Assembly (NCBI GenBank): GCA_963715335.1
Contig: CAVQRZ010000007.1
Span: 1-45,382 of the forward strand
Length of the DNA: 45,382 nucleotides
Reading direction: 5' to 3'
From: an uncultured delta proteobacterium
GTDB taxonomy: Bacteria; Desulfobacterota; Desulfuromonadia; Desulfuromonadales; BM103
Both the position numbers and the translations under genes were made by a program. Positions 44,037 through 45,382 of the stretch are shown one piece after another. How positions within the stretch are numbered: the stretch's first letter is position 1; every line of letters starts with the position of its first letter. The notes beneath the pieces were generated by a model. The model made no database searches. It was not told the origin of the DNA and saw only the letters and a program-made list of their open reading frames with translations.

Positions 44037-44900
44037 CTAATAGATCTTCCTCTTGGAAAAAGTCGAGCCGAGGACGCTGAAGGTGTTCTCAACGATGAAC
44101 AGCGAATAGGGGTCGTTGCTGAAGACGATTTCTTCCAGGCGCTTGAGCTGGATATTGTTGACGACGATCAGCAGGACGGTTTTCTTGATCTTTTTGTAGG
44201 CCCCGACCCCGGGCAGCATGGTCGTGCCGATTTTCATGTCCTGCATGACCTGCTCGGCGATCTCGTCCGGTTTCTCGGAAATCACCAACGCCATTTTGCG
44301 CTGATTGAACATGGACAGGCAATAATCCAGGGTCATCGAGGTGATGAACACGGCGATCATCGATGCAATGACCAGGTCGTTGTCGAGGGTCAGGAAGCTG
44401 AAGCTGAACAGGCTGCAGTTGAAAAAGAAGAAGAATTTGCCCAGGCCGATATTGAATTTCTGGTAGAGGATCACGCCGGCGACATCCAGCCCGCCATTCG
44501 AGCCGAGCGAGCGCAGCACCATGCCGGCGCCGGCGCCGATGATCACGCCGAAGGTCACGGCAGCGTAAAGCTGGTCCTCGATGTTGATCCGGAAATTGAC
44601 CAGCATGAAGAACAGCGACAGGGAGAGCATCGCCAGGGCGCTGTAGCCGAGAAACCTTTTCGAGAGGTAGATGTAGCCGATGATGAACATCGGGATATTC
44701 AGGAGCATGTAGATCATCCCGGTGTTCAACCCGCCGAACAGGTAATGAATCAGCGTCGCTATGCCGAACAGCCCGCCGGGGACAAACCCCTGGACCTCGC
44801 CGAGGGCTTTGTAACCGATGGCCTGGATGAAGGTGCCGACTACGATCAGGCCGCAATTCCATGCGACAGAGTAGGGCAGTTTATGGGCGGTTGCGTTCAT
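44037..44900 (-). CDS. YitT-family membrane protein
   Basis: PGGLFGIA, LLNIPMF, GSNGGLD, C-terminal DUF2179-like DPYSLFIV. Confidence 0.85.
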   Translation of the reverse strand: MNATAHKLPYSVAWNCGLIVVGTFIQAIGYKALGEVQGFVPGGLFGIATLIHYLFGGLNTGMIYMLLNIPMFIIGYIYLSKRFLGYSALAMLSLSLFFMLVNFRINIEDQLYAAVTFGVIIGAGAGMVLRSLGSNGGLDVAGVILYQKFNIGLGKFFFFFNCSLFSFSFLTLDNDLVIASMIAVFITSMTLDYCLSMFNQRKMALVISEKPDEIAEQVMQDMKIGTTMLPGVGAYKKIKKTVLLIVVNNIQLKRLEEIVFSNDPYSLFIVENTFSVLGSTFSKRKIY

Positions 44901-45039
44901 GGTGAAATCTCCGTTGGCCGAGCGTGGGAAAATGATGCGTATCGCTATACCCGACAACTCCGGTTGTCAAACTAATTCGTTATCCGGACAGTCAGGAAAG
45001 ATTGCTGAGGCGATTGAGGAAAGAAGAATAACACATAGG

Positions 45040-45071
45040 AAAAGCCCGTATGGTGAATACGGGCTTTTTTT
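45040..45071. terminator. Intrinsic terminator after phoU (potentially bidirectional)
   Basis: AAAAGCCCGTA-tggtgaa-TACGGGCTTTTTTT. Confidence 0.8.
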
Positions 45072-45090
45072 CGGATGAGGCTTTTTACAG

Positions 45091-45382
45091 TTAAGCGATC
45101 GTGTGCCGGACAATCTCCCCTTCATTGAGGTAGATCACGTCTTCAGCGATGTTGGTCGCCAAATCGGCGACCCGCTCGAGATGGCGGGAGACGGTGAGGT
45201 AACTCAGTAGGATGTCGACCAGCTCCGGTTCCGACGGATGTGGCTCTTGAATACCTGGTAATTCTGGCTATGAATAGTGTCCACCTCGTCGTCAACTCGA
45301 GGACCGTCCGCGCCAGGTTGAGATCGATGTTGACAAGGGAGTCGAGTGCCTTGTCCAGCATGTCGATGACCTTGTTGGCCAT
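45091..45382 (-). CDS. phoU: Phosphate signalling protein PhoU, 3' part (runs off the window; two -1 frameshifts at ~45293 and ~45227)
   Basis: Repaired translation ...LELDDEVD...SRHLERVADLATNIAEDVIYLNEGEIVRH matches the PhoU C-terminal repeat. Confidence 0.85.

Overview
GC-rich bacterial chromosomal segment. Gene content (ehr-type operon with HTH-PTS EIIA regulators, gltBD, RimK loci) suggests a Desulfuromonadales/Geobacter-like organism, which is an inference. In order: a membrane-anchored sensor-like DEDDh exonuclease; a SenB-like GT4 glycosyltransferase plus YdjC/ChbG deacetylase, divergent from an MFS transporter; a ColR/ColS-like two-component pair followed by a four-unit ColR-box array and a candidate sRNA; gltBD; a rimB-rimK-AstE/AspA-corA-mscS operon; USP plus a Na,K-ATPase-like P-type ATPase; GNAT-M20-mgtE; a second amide-ligase operon (C39-like peptidase, RLAN-RimK ATP-grasp, GCS2 ligase, N-formylglutamate amidohydrolase); a DMT protein; a seven-gene hydrogenase-4-like Ehr complex whose large subunit lacks Ni-binding cysteines; two divergent HTH-EIIA paralogues; a Ca/Na antiporter; YitT; and the 3' part of phoU. 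Six single-base frameshifts (MFS, colR, gltB x2, phoU x2) look like long-read indel errors. No rRNA, tRNA, CRISPR or transposase was seen. Best leads: (i) a ~24 kb glutamate / glutamyl-peptide synthesis-and-turnover locus interleaved with Mg2+/cation/osmotic transporters; (ii) a ColR-box-driven sRNA; (iii) a SenB-like GT paired with a deacetylase; (iv) a PTS-controlled Ehr complex. All family assignments come from motif recognition; no searches were run.
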